Source: Octopus sinensis | Lineage: Eukaryota | Direction of reading: 5' to 3' | DNA length: 64,000 nt | Assembly: GCF_006345805.1 (NCBI RefSeq) | Contig: NC_043003.1 | Location: 18,786,001 to 18,850,000 of the forward strand | Shown: piece by piece, positions 24,310 to 37,911 of the stretch | Numbering within the stretch: position 1 is the first letter of the stretch | Layout: every line of letters begins with the position of its first letter | The notes under the pieces: generated by a model | What the model was told of the DNA's origin: nothing | Database searches by the model: none | What the model saw: only the letters and a program-made list of their open reading frames with translations | Made by a program: the position numbers and the translations under genes

Positions 24310-24512
24310 ACACTGTCATACAAGCAGTGTCTATGAGTTCCAATATTCTGTGAGGACATGTCTGGTCATGGAAAAATATCACCTTACTTGGAAACAGATG
24401 AGAGTTGGTAACAGGAAAGGTGTCCACGACAGAATATCTGCCTCAATAAACTCCATTTGACCCATGCACACACAGAAAAGTTGATGTTAAAATAATAATG
24501 ATGATGATGATC
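24310..24512 (+). mobile_element. SINE family C 3' part (RTE-type tail)
   Basis: accttacttggaaacag...acaggaaagg...tttgacccatgc...tgatgatgatga. Confidence 0.75.
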
Positions 24513-24812
24513 CCATAAGAAGCAAGGTCATAAAAAAAAGGGGGCATGGATAATATAAAATCCATAAAGAATGAATAGAAAATATAAAACAAAGAGGTTC
24601 TTTGTCAGCATTGTATAACTAAATTCTATTTTTAATAGAAAGGGATTTTTGAAAGGATTTTTAAAACAATAGAAAAAAAAAATGAGAGTTGGAAGCAAAA
24701 ATTAAACAAAGAATATGAATTCACACACATAATTTTGTGTAAATTACTTTAACATTTCATAACTAAATTTACTTTTCAATAAAGTATATAGTTCAAATTT
24801 AAAACAAAAAAC

Positions 24813-25139
24813 AAGGCAACACCAACGTCCTCTCAATGATTAGTCAGAGATAATTTTTAAAATGAGAATATCTGAAATAAACTCGACTGCTCTCACAACC
24901 GAGAATACTAGAAGTGAACCTGACCACTCTCAAAAATTAAGTAAAAAACAGGAAGAATAATCCAGAATCCTTGTCTGGTACCAGATCGATCCCAAAATCT
25001 AATCAGTTCATGCCAGTCATGAAGCCAAACATCCCTGAAAGTTTCACCCGAATCCATCCATGAGATATCTTGTCCATGGACAAACAAACAAACACGAATG
25101 AAAACAATACCTCTGCCTTTGCTAAGGCCGAGGTAATAA
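24813..25139 (-). mobile_element. Helentron-associated (DINE-1/HINE-like) element, second copy
   Basis: Minus strand starts ttattacctcggccttagcaaaggcagaggt (5' hairpin), then (TTTG)n and a core homologous to 3484-3836. Confidence 0.55.
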
Positions 25140-25829
25140 GATTGTTGGTGAAATAGTTTACTATTGTTGAAGCTCATTTTGTTACTTCCAATAATATATT
25201 GTTAACAAGTAATAAAAAGATGACCAAGCAGATCAAATATGTTTTTGCTTTAGGGAATACCCTTCCTATTGTAGTACTGAATAATAATTTCACGATTAGC
25301 TTGCTATTTTCATGAACAACAAGAAGGAAATTAAGTAATACAGACCTTCACCATATCACTTCCTACTAGCATGCGGATTCAACCAAAATTGTTTTTACAT
25401 AACCCAGTAACTATGAAATTCTGAATGTTTACTATTAGCGTAATCAAATCCCAACTAACATTTCAAATAAGTCAACTATAATATACTTTAAAACCCATTA
25501 AATTCCGTCAGAGATAAGCCTCTGACACTGAAAAATGATTGTCCAATACTTTTTGGCTTTTTTTTTTGTGTCCTTTTTGCTATCGTTTTGTATTTTATTT
25601 CTAATCAAAAAAATTAAAAGAGGATGTTTAAATTCCTATAACTGCCAGATTAGTTTATTTGTCATCATTTGTAGATAACGTTGTCATTTAGATGGTTTAT
25701 ACTGCAGTTGTAAGTTACACTCCTTCAATTTTATGCAATGCTTGAATTACATTAGCTAAGATAGATGGCTTCTTTCAACAATGATGTCAAATGTAAAAAC
25801 TAGATTGCATTCATACATGATAATTTTAA

Positions 25830-26030
25830 CCCTTTTGTTACCACATTTCTTATATCACTTACAACTGATTTGGAAATAATCAAAAATTTGTAAGGGCTTA
25901 GAAAAATATCTTCATTATGAAGCCGGCGTTTTTGAAACGGGCCATTTTAATTTAAATATGAATTTTTAAAACAGGATTTTTTTGTATTATAGAACAAGAA
26001 GCAGTTTCAGATGAATTCATGTCAAAAGGA
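25830..26030. mobile_element. ~200-bp TTAA MITE, opposite orientation
   Basis: TTAA at 25826-25829 and 26031-26034; ends cccttttg / caaaagga. Confidence 0.7.
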
Positions 26031-26229
26031 TTAACTAATTCAATGAAAAAATGAAAATAGATTAGTATAATTTAACCTGAGGCTCTAACCATACTTCGAA
26101 AATATAGAATGTCTATAATCAATAGCTGAGACATCATCATCATCATTGTATTAACGTTTACTTTTTCACTTTTGCATAGGCCAGATGGAATTCAAATGTA
26201 TTAAAAATGACACTGTAAATACCAAATGT

Positions 26230-26935
26230 CTAGTGAAATGCAGGTATTCTTAGCTAGGAATCTTTACTTTACAATCATCAATGTGGAGAAGGCATCTGAC
26301 AGAATCCAATACTAGCTTCACCATTACTATAGAGGTGAAGGACTTGAACCAGTTCAAGCTATGTACAAAATAAAGCATAGCTTTAAAAGAAAAAAGATCA
26401 GGACTGAAAGTTGCTTTAGAAAGGAATTTCAAATCAAAAGTTGACCAGGGTTTGGTCCTAAGATTTTTTGCTATTCATTGCAGTCCAGGATTAGATGTTC
26501 ATAAGAACTTGTAGAATTTGAAAGCCTGCTCTTATTACAGAATCAGTCAAGGAGCTACAGAAAGAGTTTCAAACAGAAAAAGAGTGGAGTAGAATAAAAA
26601 AAAATTTTTTAATAAAAAAGTCAGCAAAGCAGAGACTAAAGTACTCATCCTTCATAGAGAGCACCATCACCTAGGAAATACCTTTGTTAAATATTTAGGA
26701 AGGAGGCTTAAAAAAAAGAAATCAATACTGCATACACAGTGGCAGTGATAGGTACACAACAGATGCAATGGAATCTTTGCCAAAATCAAGAGGAAACCAG
26801 TACTTGAGGTGTTCCAGAAATACAGGTGTAATTAGTGCAGAGGCACTTACAAAATGAAGTTCACGGAATGTTCAAACAGCTCACTGAATATGGTAGTTTC
26901 TGCTATTCAGGTAATACAGTTAGTGCTGGAGATAA
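26230..26935 (+). mobile_element. Degenerate RTE LINE reverse-transcriptase fossil
   Basis: RNLYFTIINVEKASDRI (cf. LYxAFVDxEKAFDRV), VQAMY, VDQGLVLRFLLFIAV (cf. VHQGSVLSPLLF), and an HxRC remnant of a Cys/His segment; many stops. Confidence 0.75.
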
Positions 26936-26958
26936 CTAGTAAATATTTTGAACTTTAA

Positions 26959-27156
26959 CCAATTGATACCAACCTGCCTGAAACCACACTTGGTTCTTGG
27001 TAATATAAACTAAAACCTCCAACCAAAATTTCATGCTAATCTATGTTCTAAACACCAGCTTGATAATGACAAAGTTATTTTAATTCATTCATTTTTTTTC
27101 CCAAAATTAATGGAAACAGGGGCAGTTTATTTCATCAGAATATAGTAATAAAAGGG
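26959..27156. mobile_element. ~200-bp TTAA MITE
   Basis: ttaa|ccaattgataccaacc ... aaaaggg|taaa. Confidence 0.65.
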
Positions 27157-27436
27157 TAAAGAAAGAAATGGGAGAATTTCAGGTAATCTTTGCTTTTCTT
27201 GATAACAAACCCATTCAGTCATTTAACCTGATGGAAATAGCAGCCAAGTATCAGATCAGACTCCAGTGTCTAAAAAAAAAATTAACAGGTAATATGACTA
27301 CATTAGCCAAAGTCTAAAAGCAAAAAGGAATGACCATGACTGAGACATGTTTGAATAAAGGTCTGTTCAATCAGTCAACTGAAGTTTCTTTCTTTGTGTG
27401 TGTGTGTGTGTGGGCGGGGATGTATCAAACACTTAT

Positions 27437-27806
27437 CTTTTATCTTTAACTTGTTTCAGACATGAGACGGTAGCCATGCTGGAGCACAACCTTAAAGAAT
27501 TTTATTTAAATGAATCAACCCCAGTACTTATTATTTTTTAAAACCTGGTATTTACTCTATTGGTCTCCTTCACCAAAGTGCTAGGCTATAGGGGCGTAAA
27601 CACACCAGCACCGGTTGTCAAGCAACGATGGACACACGGACACACATATACATATATATATATACAACAAACTTTTTTCAGTTTCTGTCTACCAAATCCA
27701 CTCCCAGCCTGAGGCTGTAGAAGATACTTGCCCAAGTTGCCACACAGTGGGACTGAACCTGGAACTATGTGGTGGAAGCAAACTTCTTACCACACAGCCA
27801 TGCCTG
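27437..27806 (-). mobile_element. SINE family A
   Basis: tttaacttgtttcag...gtgggactgaacc...accacacagccatgcc. Confidence 0.88.
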
Positions 27807-28196
27807 CACCTTGTTAAAAAAAAAAAGGTTCTACATGATAGTGGAACATGGACATTACATGCAGGAAATTTACACTGATTGGAGGAGAATGTGCCAGGTG
27901 TGCATTGATGCACAATGATAAATTCCAAAACATGTAATCAGTGAGGCCTCGCTGATTACATTTATGCTGCATTGAACTTTGAACATTGAACTTTGTGTTG
28001 CATCATTTGCAGGATACAAATAATAGGGTCTTCAGTTAGTAATGAGATATATCCTATCAACTCTGTCAAATGCAGCCCCTTCGTCCAGTGGACAATCCAG
28101 CAGCTAAATCAAGAAATCATACTTCAGTTAGCTTCTCAGTATTGTTTTAATTTTAATTCAACGATATAGAAAATCAGGCATGTCTATGCCCCAAAA

Positions 28197-28207
<11 letters not shown>

Positions 28208-28237
<30 letters not shown>
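28208..28237. repeat. (GA)n microsatellite
   Basis: Seen directly. Confidence 0.95.
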
Positions 28238-28240
<3 letters not shown>

Positions 28241-28264
28241 TATAAATATATGCATGTGTTCTTG

Positions 28265-28442
28265 TCATGCAAGTACTTGGTGACCTCACTAGTGCCATAT
28301 AAAAAGATCCAGTCCACACTGTAAAGTGGTTGGCATTAGGAAGGGCATCCAGCTGTAGAAACCAGTCCTCTGAGCCACTGGTTTCTGTCTAACTCTCCAA
28401 CTTAAGCCCACATGGATAAAGGGATGTTACACAATGATGATG
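28265..28442 (+). mobile_element. SINE family D 3' part, internally deleted
   Basis: gtggttggcattaggaagggcatccagctgtagaaacc. Confidence 0.7.
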
Positions 28443-28554
28443 GTGTGTGCATATAAATGTATACACATACATCTATGTGTGTATGCATGTTTGTTTGTTT
28501 TGTCATTTAATTTGCTGAGTCTGGTAGAAAGGACAGTGACTATGGCCTTTGCAC

Positions 28555-28745
28555 ACTTTTCTGGATTGGTGTGATTGATGCCTTTAATGTTACTCTTGAA
28601 CTTTTGCAAGTCAACATCTGCAATAAAGACATGAACAAAGAGTTTCAGAGGGACACCGTTCAGGAGAGGAAGGACTGAGCATGATGTCTGTGCTTCTGTG
28701 TAATGAAATATGGCACTAGATCTGTCCATATTCAACCCTAATACA
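28555..28745 (-). mobile_element. CR1/L2-group LINE C-terminal fossil
   Basis: ORF-track peptide FHYTEAQTS...PLLN...HVFIADVDLQKFKSNIKGI resembles the HY..SF.PRT..LWN.LP.HVF....LQ.FK.NIN C-terminus. Confidence 0.45.
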
Positions 28746-29789
28746 ATCATTACTGTCTCTCCCTCTCACATTACCCCTCCATCACTTATTGCTGTATTTC
28801 AATTACTCCTTTTTCTATCAATTTGTCTTTTGCTCACCACACTGTTCATGTTGTTTTTCTATCCAATCTCCTTACCAACAACAACCATGTAGCTGCCTAT
28901 TACTGTCTCTCTTTCTTTACTACTCCCCTCTACCAATCTCTCACCTTTCTAACCCTGTTTCCCTACACCACATTAGAATCTCTCTTTTATCACTTTTTTA
29001 CTTTAGCTCTCTCCCCATCATCACTCTTAGTTACATTGCTTTGAACACACAGCGACATTACCAAGAAGGGACAAGACATTTCATCTCACCAAGGACAAGG
29101 CAATCTCCCTTGTGCTGATACCACAATAAAATACGCCCTGCGAAGTGGTTGGCATTAGGTTGGATAAGATCTCAGAAGGCAATCAATTACACAATGCCAA
29201 AACTGGAATATACAAGACATGGTCTTTATCCTGTACAGGAGGAACAGTAACTCTGAATAGGAACTGAAGTGGCTCATGAGGAGGGTCCATCTAAATGATG
29301 CCAGCTTATAAAATGACTATGATGTGTAAAATCCATTTTCTTGTCAAATATTTACATCATTTGTTAACATAAATCAATGAAAGATGTAAGTAGACACATT
29401 CATGCACATGGATTTACACCAATGTGTAACTTTCACTGACAAAAGATGTAAACATAGTCAAGAAAAAAGATTAAGCAGTGCTTTTAAAATAAACCATGTT
29501 GCAATATTTGTACCAAGAGTGCCAACTGGTTACCATTATTTCTATTATATGTAAAATAAATCCATTTTAATACCTCCATCAATGTTATTAGCACATCTGT
29601 TTAATTTTACAACCATTTTAATACCTTATCCTCCAACTGTCACTTTTGTGAAAAAAAAAGACCCCAATAAAAAAAAGCAAAACAAAACTTGATGTGCGAC
29701 AGTGTTTTATAATATTTTCACTGCTTTTTCTGCAGTGCCTTGGAAACTGTTTAAAGGAGATAATTTTTTATTTAGATGAGGCTGGAGAT

Positions 29790-29912
29790 TATCACCATCA
29801 TCATTTAATGTTCGTGTTCTGTGTTGGCATGGGTTGGACCCCATTGTACTCCAGTATCTGCTTCAGTATGGTTTCTACAGCTGAATGTTCTTCCTAACAT
29901 CAACCACTCCAC
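29790..29912 (-). mobile_element. SINE family D tail fragment
   Basis: catcatcatttaatg...ggcatgggttggac...ttctacagctgaatgttcttcctaacatcaaccac. Confidence 0.7.
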
Positions 29913-30540
29913 AGTAACTTTATGCTAACAGATAAGGAGTAGAGGGGAGAGTAAAGTATGAGAGAAAAGGGCCAGAGCAGGAAAGGTTTCTTGGTGTAAA
30001 GTAGTTACAGGACTACTCACATTTTAGTTGAGAGGGTAAGAATTTCCTGAAGTGCAATATGTGAAACCAAGATATTGTTGCTATATTTTCAAATCATTCA
30101 ATCCATTTTAGTAGCACTAAAAAAATGGACAATGGTGATGACAACAAAGACACAAACATACATATACACACATACTAAGCATTTTTCACCACTACTAATC
30201 TCTATTAAATCATGATTTTCTAAACAAAATGGATCACTTACTACAAGCCTGTACAATGCATGTGAAATTTTCAACACAAGTATTTTTTCATTGACCTGCT
30301 GGTGTATCACTAATTTTCTAGTCTTAGTAAACTACTTTTGCCATTAATATAACTAACACTAACAATGAAGTAGATGTAATATTTACAACAGGACGGACAC
30401 GAAGTGTAATATCTTCAACAACATATTACATATCCTCAACAACATATTACATAATTCTTTTAGAGACATAGAAAAAGAGCTTGGTCAAAAAGGTACTGCA
30501 AATTTGGATATTGTTGGAGTAATCAATTTGTAGTACCTGG

Positions 30541-30918
30541 TTTTATTTACTCTTTTTACTCTTTTACTTGTTTCAGTCATTTGACTGTGGCCATGCTAGA
30601 GCACTGCCTTTAGTCGAGCAAATCGACCCCAGGACTTATTCTTTGTAAGCCTAGTACTTATTCTATCGGTTTCCTTTGCCGAACTGCTAAGTTACAGGGA
30701 CGTAAACACACCAGCATCGGTTGTCAAGCGATGGGGGGGGGGCAAACACAGACACACAAACATACATACATATATGTTTCTGTCTACCAAATCCACTCAC
30801 AAGGCTTTGGTTGGCCCGAGGCTATAGTAGAAGTCACTTGCCCAGGGTGCCACGCAGTGGGACTGAACCCAGAACCATGTGGTTGGTAAGCAGGCTACTT
30901 ACCACATAGCCACTCCTG
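30541..30918 (-). mobile_element. SINE family A, young full-length copy
   Basis: Near-consensus with CpGs retained (gtcgagcaaatcgacccc, ccacgcagtgggactgaaccc). Confidence 0.93.
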
Positions 30919-31842
30919 TTCTCCTCATGGAATGGAAGTAGCCAAGAATGAAAAAAAAAAAACTTATGGTAGCTATGAAGTTATAACTAAGTGATGAACA
31001 ACACTTCAACACAATTTCAGAGTCATTTTAATCTACACAGGGGAAATGACAAGTTCCTTAAGACACTGAAGAAGGCTTAATAACCCAGGTAAATTAAAGG
31101 TGTTAAAAATTATGAGTCTGCTTCCTTGACTTCACATAGCAAGAACAAAGCCTTGATGAAAATTATCAGGAAAAAAAAAAAATTTGCTTTCTTAAGTTTT
31201 ATTTAAAGAAATCAAAGTTAATTAAACTCTTGTGGCTCATAGTATTTTTCTCCAAAAATCAACAGTAAATTGCTCCAAAGAATTACACTGAGCTATTACT
31301 ATATGTGATAGTATTTCTTAAGGATATCTTCTTAAAAACAAATGGAGTCAAATGTAATTAATTGCATGATTCTAAGATCTCAGAAGGCAATCAAGGCTCT
31401 TAAGGGCTAATAATAAAATCTCAATGCTATATATACACTAGGTTAGTTTATAAAAATAACATGAAATTTAATGCAAACAAGTTTCAAATTCTATTTATTA
31501 ATCTCCAAACACACGAATACGTACACAGTGGATGTATATATACATTTGTATGGCCATATATATATACATGCATGTATGCTTGTTTGTTATTTGCTAGTCT
31601 AAACAAGCAGGGCTCTTCACATATCTAACATATAATACTAGAAAAATACAAATCTCCTTAATAAAAAAAAAAAACTTATGAAGTATTTTGAGTGATCTAT
31701 CCTTTCAAGTGCATACCATGGAGCATCAAACAAAACGGATCATCATAACATAGCACAGAATCATGTGAGCTCTCAAGAAAACAGTTTTTCTGCTAGTAGA
31801 ATGAAAACCTCTGTTTTAGAGCTTTTCTGCCGTTGAGTCTAT

Positions 31843-32068
31843 CAATAATAATAATCCTTTCTATTACAGGTACAAAGCCTGAAATTTAGGAGGAGGAGGA
31901 GGAGAGCTAGTTGATTACATCAACCCCTGGTGTGTAACTAGTTCCTATTTCATCAACCCCAAAAGGATGAAAGGCAAAGTTGACCTTGGTGGAATTTGAA
32001 CTCAGAACATGAATTACCATTAATCATTTTGCTCAGCATGCTAACGATTCTGCCAGCTTGCTGCCTCA
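31843..32068 (-). mobile_element. SINE family B
   Basis: aataataataatcctttctattacagg...ctgccagcttgctgcc. Confidence 0.88.
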
Positions 32069-32464
32069 ATAATAATAAATTGAAGAAATATAACACTGCC
32101 ATTCAAAAAGTGGTTCTTTTAAATGAATCTTACTTGTATGTATACCATCCTCATTAACACCATAGGTTAGCATTTCCTTTTCCAAGACAACACAGATTAG
32201 ATGGAATCTTCCAAATAGTAACTGTGTCAATGAGACACAAAATTTTCTAATTTGATCAAATAACTTCTTTCTAAGACTTCTTTAAGCTTCATTTCTAAGT
32301 TTCTTTCACTACAAATGCATGATACTTATTCAAACACCTTTTCATAATTGATTTATATATCTCATCCAAACAGGTATAATCTTGTATCTGTACATACCGG
32401 CCACTGTGTTACATATCCAAAAGCTTGTACTGACCTTTTCTATTAAACTAACGAACAATGTAGA

Positions 32465-32640
32465 CTCTATGTACTTATTAGCCAAGTCTTGTTTTCATTC
32501 AGTTGCACATTGACACCAGATGGTTTCTCGTACACTTTTTTGTTGATAAAAGGAGTAGTTCTATAAACCTCTTCAATTATCCTCAAAGCACCAAATGATA
32601 TGCTAACACTAGCACCAAAGTAACAGAAACTTGCATAACA
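32465..32640 (-). mobile_element. Dong/R4-clade LINE 3' fossil
   Basis: ORF-track peptide ISFGALRII...KPSGVNVQLNENKTWLIST resembles IIGALG.IKK...IPG...Q.MQK..L.ST. Confidence 0.5.
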
Positions 32641-33284
32641 CTTTGAGAATGCCAGCAAAACATATACATGGGTTGTGTGGAATATATGCAAACAAACACA
32701 CGAACACATACACAGTGGATGTATACATACATTTGTATGACCATATATACATGCATGTATGCTTGTTTGTTATTTGCTAGTCTAAACAAGCAGGGCTCTT
32801 CACATATGATTTAGATTAATGTACAAGATAGCTGACAGTCTCCAGAAAAAAGGAAAAAAATTTTAAATATTTAATCTGAGACTTGGGAAGTGACAGGAAC
32901 AAAAGGAGGTAGAGTGGGTGATTAAAATGTACCAATTTATGGCAATAGATTGTAAGAATGTCAGTGTGGATGTTTGTGATATTTGTTCCAGCTCTTTGTG
33001 CTCTGAGTTCTTAACCTGTCACCCACTTTAACACTACCACCAGGCACTTTGGGTGCCTTTAGTGGGATCCACTCTATTGCAAGTATTCAGGCCAGATATC
33101 TGGTTTGAAAATGCCTTCCATCTTCCTTCTCATTAGTCTCCAGAGACCCTGTAATGGATTGTGGGTATTGTGTTCCCTCCTGCCTAAGATATTTACAGAA
33201 GAAAAAATAGATGATACAACTTAGCAGAGAATTATGAAATGAAGACTGGCTTTTGAGGTGGACAGCTTATATTGAGAGTGTAGG

Positions 33285-33678
33285 TGCATCCATGGCTGTG
33301 CGTTCTAAGGTTCAGTTCCACTGCATGACACCTTGGGCAATGTCTTCTACTATAAGCATCAGGCTAACCAAAACCTTACAAGAGGTTTTGGAAAATGGAA
33401 ACTGTATGAAGCCATGTGCGTGCATGCGTGTGTTTCTCTTGATATCAAATGATAGATGTAAACAAGTGTCACCATCATACAAGCAGGGTTGTTCATTTTC
33501 AGTCTTCTGTGAAAAACATGTCTGGCTATGGAGAAATATTACCTTGCTTGGAAACAGGTGACAGTTGGCAAAATTAGTGTTAGCAACAAGAAGGGGATCT
33601 GGTCATAGATAATCTGCCCTAAATTCCATACAATCCATGCGAGCATGGAGAAGTGGACATTAAATAATGATGATGATG
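33285..33678 (+). mobile_element. SINE family C, full length (family-A head, RTE-type tail)
   Basis: catggctgtgcg...ggttcagttcc head; ggagaaatattaccttgcttggaaacagg body; catggagaagtggacattaaataatgatga tail. Confidence 0.85.
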
Positions 33679-35362
33679 TACTTGATGGTTTTTATTATTC
33701 CAACAGTTTAAGTTGCACTTTAAAGAAGGAAAAAAATATTTAGGCAGTTGTTAAGTGCTGAAGTATTTCCGAGATTTCAAATGAAGTTAGCTTATGTGAC
33801 ACAGCCATGAACATGTGTGTCAAATGTGTGATAACCACGAAAATTTACGAGGGATTATTATAATGTAAGAGTGTAGTTATTTTAACTGTGTCACTTATGA
33901 GTAGGGAAAATAATGTGTGGAGAGTTTTGCCTGAATTGTATAGTACTTGTGTTTTGGTGCAGTTAAATGAAACTAAGTTAAGTCTTAGTCAACTTTTCCA
34001 GATATTTACATCTAAAGTGGAGTACAATGAAGGGCATGTGAGCTGAAAGTCAGAGAAGTATTAGGCTGTGTCAGACTGTGTGTAGGAGCACTTAGAAATT
34101 ACTGTAGTATGTTGTCAAAGTGTATAAGAAAAATCATATTTTGTTGATAGAATGAAGGAAGATATTTAACTTATATTGATAAACTAAGAAAGCAGGAAGA
34201 AAGCTTCAACAGCAAATGGTGCAATAATACAAACTAAGAGAAAGTTTCCAATCCAAGTTAATAGTTTCTAATAGACTTTAATAGGATGATAACTAACTTT
34301 GCCAGAAGAATATAATGCCAGAAACAAACAAGGAATTTGTTTACATAAACATTTCTCTTGCCAAGGCTTTTAAGGACACAAAAAAAAACACCACCGGTAT
34401 GGAAAAGGTGGGGGGGGGGGTTAGAAATAAGAAAAGAGAGCAAAAGGTGGAAAAGAAAAAAAAGTTGATTTCTATGAGACAAATTTCTAATTCATAGAAT
34501 AATACATTATTGATTAATTCCAGCTGTAAGGTAGACACATACACTTGAAATAAAAATCCAATATCCTTTAGGTAAATTTCCCAGACACATAGGCGCGTGC
34601 ACACACACACACCAGTTGTTGAAACAGATTGAAAGTAGTTGTACACTCACATCAATTGTCCAACTAAGATATCTTTTAAATTAGTGATCCAAAGATGAAA
34701 TGTCTATGCCCATGGGAAGCAAAATAATTCTACAAGATAAGCAGGATGGTAGAACATGGCTAGAGGAAGTTCATAAAATTAAGCTTAACGTAATTGATGA
34801 CAATGCATGGTCAAAAACAAGAGTTTCATATTGATGAAGAATACAGATGGTACATTCTGTGGACCATAGGTGCTGCACATCAGACAAACATGCTGTCGTG
34901 TCATATGCCGTAAACCTTTCCATGACTAAATGAAGTATGGATTAGAGTTTCAAAATTAACTAAAACACAAATAATTTGAAAGGATTTAGTAAAATAACAT
35001 TTTCACATCACTAAAGAGGTGTTTGGAACACAACAAACAATTCTTTACATAAAATGGTGACACTTTAAAATAGGTAGGTTTTGTACTCCAGTATGAGAAG
35101 CAATCTCACATGGATTGGCAAGGTGATTAACAGGGTGGTTTTTATGCTGTGTACATTATTTGAAAGATCTATAACAGACACAGGACTAGTTGATCACACT
35201 GGGAAGCAAACCTAAAATGAAAGCCACCAAATAGGCTAAGCTTTTAGGCTTGTCTGAAACACCACACACATTGATTTATGGAGTTCATGGCAGTAAAGGC
35301 TTGTTCCAACCAGTTTTCTGTGTAATCTTTCGAAATGACTAAGTGGTGACTGAGACAATTAA

Positions 35363-35558
35363 CCCATTTGATACCAACCTGCTTTGAAAACACTCCTTAC
35401 TCTATGACACAAACTTCCTGTTTAAAAGAGATGGAAGTTAAAACCTTCCATCTCAAGTTTCATGTTCATTTATACTTTTATTCAATTCTTCATTATTTTT
35501 TCAAATTAATTTAAACAAAGGCAGCATATTTCAACAGAAATATTTTTTAAAAAAAGGG
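35363..35558. mobile_element. ~200-bp TTAA MITE
   Basis: TTAA at 35359-35362 and 35559-35562; ccc...ggg termini. Confidence 0.75.
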
Positions 35559-35816
35559 TTAAAGGCTGGTGTCATGTGAACTCAATTCAGGTTTTTCAAT
35601 CCAGCACAAAGTTTGGGGCTAAAGAGGAAATGAAGAAATATGAAACTTGGCCCTGAAAAGTACACTGAACAAAAGCATATAAGCCAAGTAGTTTCCAACA
35701 AATCCTGAAAGAAGCAATTGAGTTGTGAGGTGTGAAAAACAATTAGCTTCTGTAGAGTGGTATTATAAGAGAAGGCGTTCCTTTGCCAAGATATCAAATC
35801 CAGGCCCCTGAGTACA

Positions 35817-36207
35817 TTATCTTTTATCTTTTACTTGTTTCAGTCACTGGACCCACAGCCATGCTGGGGCACTGTCATGATGGGTGTAGTTGAACAAAAT
35901 GACCCCATACTTATTTTTTTAAGTCTGATGCTTATTCTATCAGTCTCTTTTACTGAACTGCTAAGTTATGGGAATATAAACAAACCAACACAGGTTGTCA
36001 TGTGATGGTGGTGGGGTACAAACACATACACACACATGTGCACATGACATGATTCCATATAGCTTCTATCGACCAAATTTAATGACAAGACATTGATTGG
36101 CCCAGGGCTATAGTAAATGACACTTGCCCAAGGAGCCATGCAGTGGGACTGAACCCAAAACCATGTGGTTACAAAGCAAATTTCTTAACCACACAGCCAT
36201 GCCTGCT
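35817..36207 (-). mobile_element. SINE family A
   Basis: cttttatcttttacttgtttcagtc...accacacagccatgcc. Confidence 0.88.
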
Positions 36208-37872
36208 ATATATACATTATCTGTAAATTGAAGTGCATCCGTTACATCTAGAAAATTACCGGAAAAGATAAAAATAAAGACATATAACATCCTTCAATTT
36301 AGGATAGGTTAATGAGAAAGACATTGTAGAAGATTGTAATAAGTAACATGCCATTTTGATCTTAGTAAATGTTTAAGTAAATCACTTTCTCACTGTAGAT
36401 AAGTTAAAAATCCTTAATAATAATATAAGTAGTCATAATCAACAAGCCTTATAAGATTAGATAATAACCAGATCAATTCTTGGAAGAGAAGAAATTCAAA
36501 AGTAAACCCTGAATATAGAGTAAACCTGCCTTGAACATATATTAAATGATAAACTGCTATAATATAGTAATTCTCTGCATGGTGCCAGCCTCTTCGTCTT
36601 CACTATCTTTACTACAGAAATTTGAAAGTGAAACTACTACACATTTAAATTAAAGCAGATTTCACCTCCACCCACTGTCATGTTAGATACATTCACAGAA
36701 AATTACATAGTCTGAGACAAACGTGAAGGAAGATCACCTGATACAAAATGAGATATAGCAATAATGGTTTATGAATTACTTTTTCGATGGTGCTCAGCTT
36801 GAATGGATGAAAGTCTAAGGGAACAAACAGTACCAGAGAGAATTAACTTGGAACCAAGATGGACAAACCTAAATACATTTTAATTGATTTGTTCTTTTAG
36901 TCTTCTTCAACACTGTGATAAAACTAAATATATTTACTACTATTTAAGTAGGAGTTCCATTCAACTGTTACATTTCAGAATGTTATAAATAGAATATTTT
37001 AACTATACAGTTCACAACCATAATCAAGGAAAGTGCTATTAACTAGACTGATATTGTGACAATTTATTATGTAAACTTTATTTATTTACACACATACACA
37101 CACACATTTCTATTTATATCCCTCCACAATGGCAGGAACTGAATGCACATTTTGTTATCAATTTCCAAGGGTTATAATTAAATGATCCAGACAGTAAACC
37201 TCTATGTAAGAGATGGGTACCATCTTGCCCACAGGCAAAATTTCACCTGCACTCAAATTCGAAACCTCCTGCAGACAAAGTCTCTAAAAATAAATGGGAA
37301 AAAAATAATAAAACTGGTTTAAGCTTTAATAACAAGCAATAATTTAATATAAGTTGCTTAGCTATAAAAATATAAAACTGACAATCTATTGTATTTCTCA
37401 GCACAGAAATTCCCTGATAAATTCTCATACACTTGCATTTATTCCTATTACTAAAATGGTTTCCCACCTCAGCTCTATGCAATCATTCAACTTGCTAGAA
37501 ATAACAACCAAATCCCCCACAAATCACATACTTAAAATGGAAGGACATATAGGATAATAGAGTCCAAGCTACATTTTGTAAGGGAGGGGTGGAGTAGGGG
37601 AGTCAGTGGAAGAGACCAAGGATCTGAGGTGGAAAAACCTTTCTTTGATCAGAACAGAACAGGGACACCACACGAGAGAGAGTCAAGTACCAGGTGACCT
37701 GTAAGTGTCATTTTTTTTTAAAGATAAAAATGCAATTAAAAATGCTGCCTTACTTAAGGAAACACCCAGTAATGACATTGTTAAAGATGTTATCTTTACA
37801 GAAATTAATGCCCTGCCACCACCATCACCACTACTCTGCAATATAAGTGTCGTATTAATATCCAAGCCTCAC

Positions 37873-37911
<39 letters not shown>

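Noticed and set aside
30415-30453. 21-bp-period tandem duplication tcaacaacatattacata
   Set aside because: Ordinary replication slippage.
32990-33180. Possible further Dong C-terminal fossil (minus)
   Set aside because: Needs several frameshifts; not convincing.
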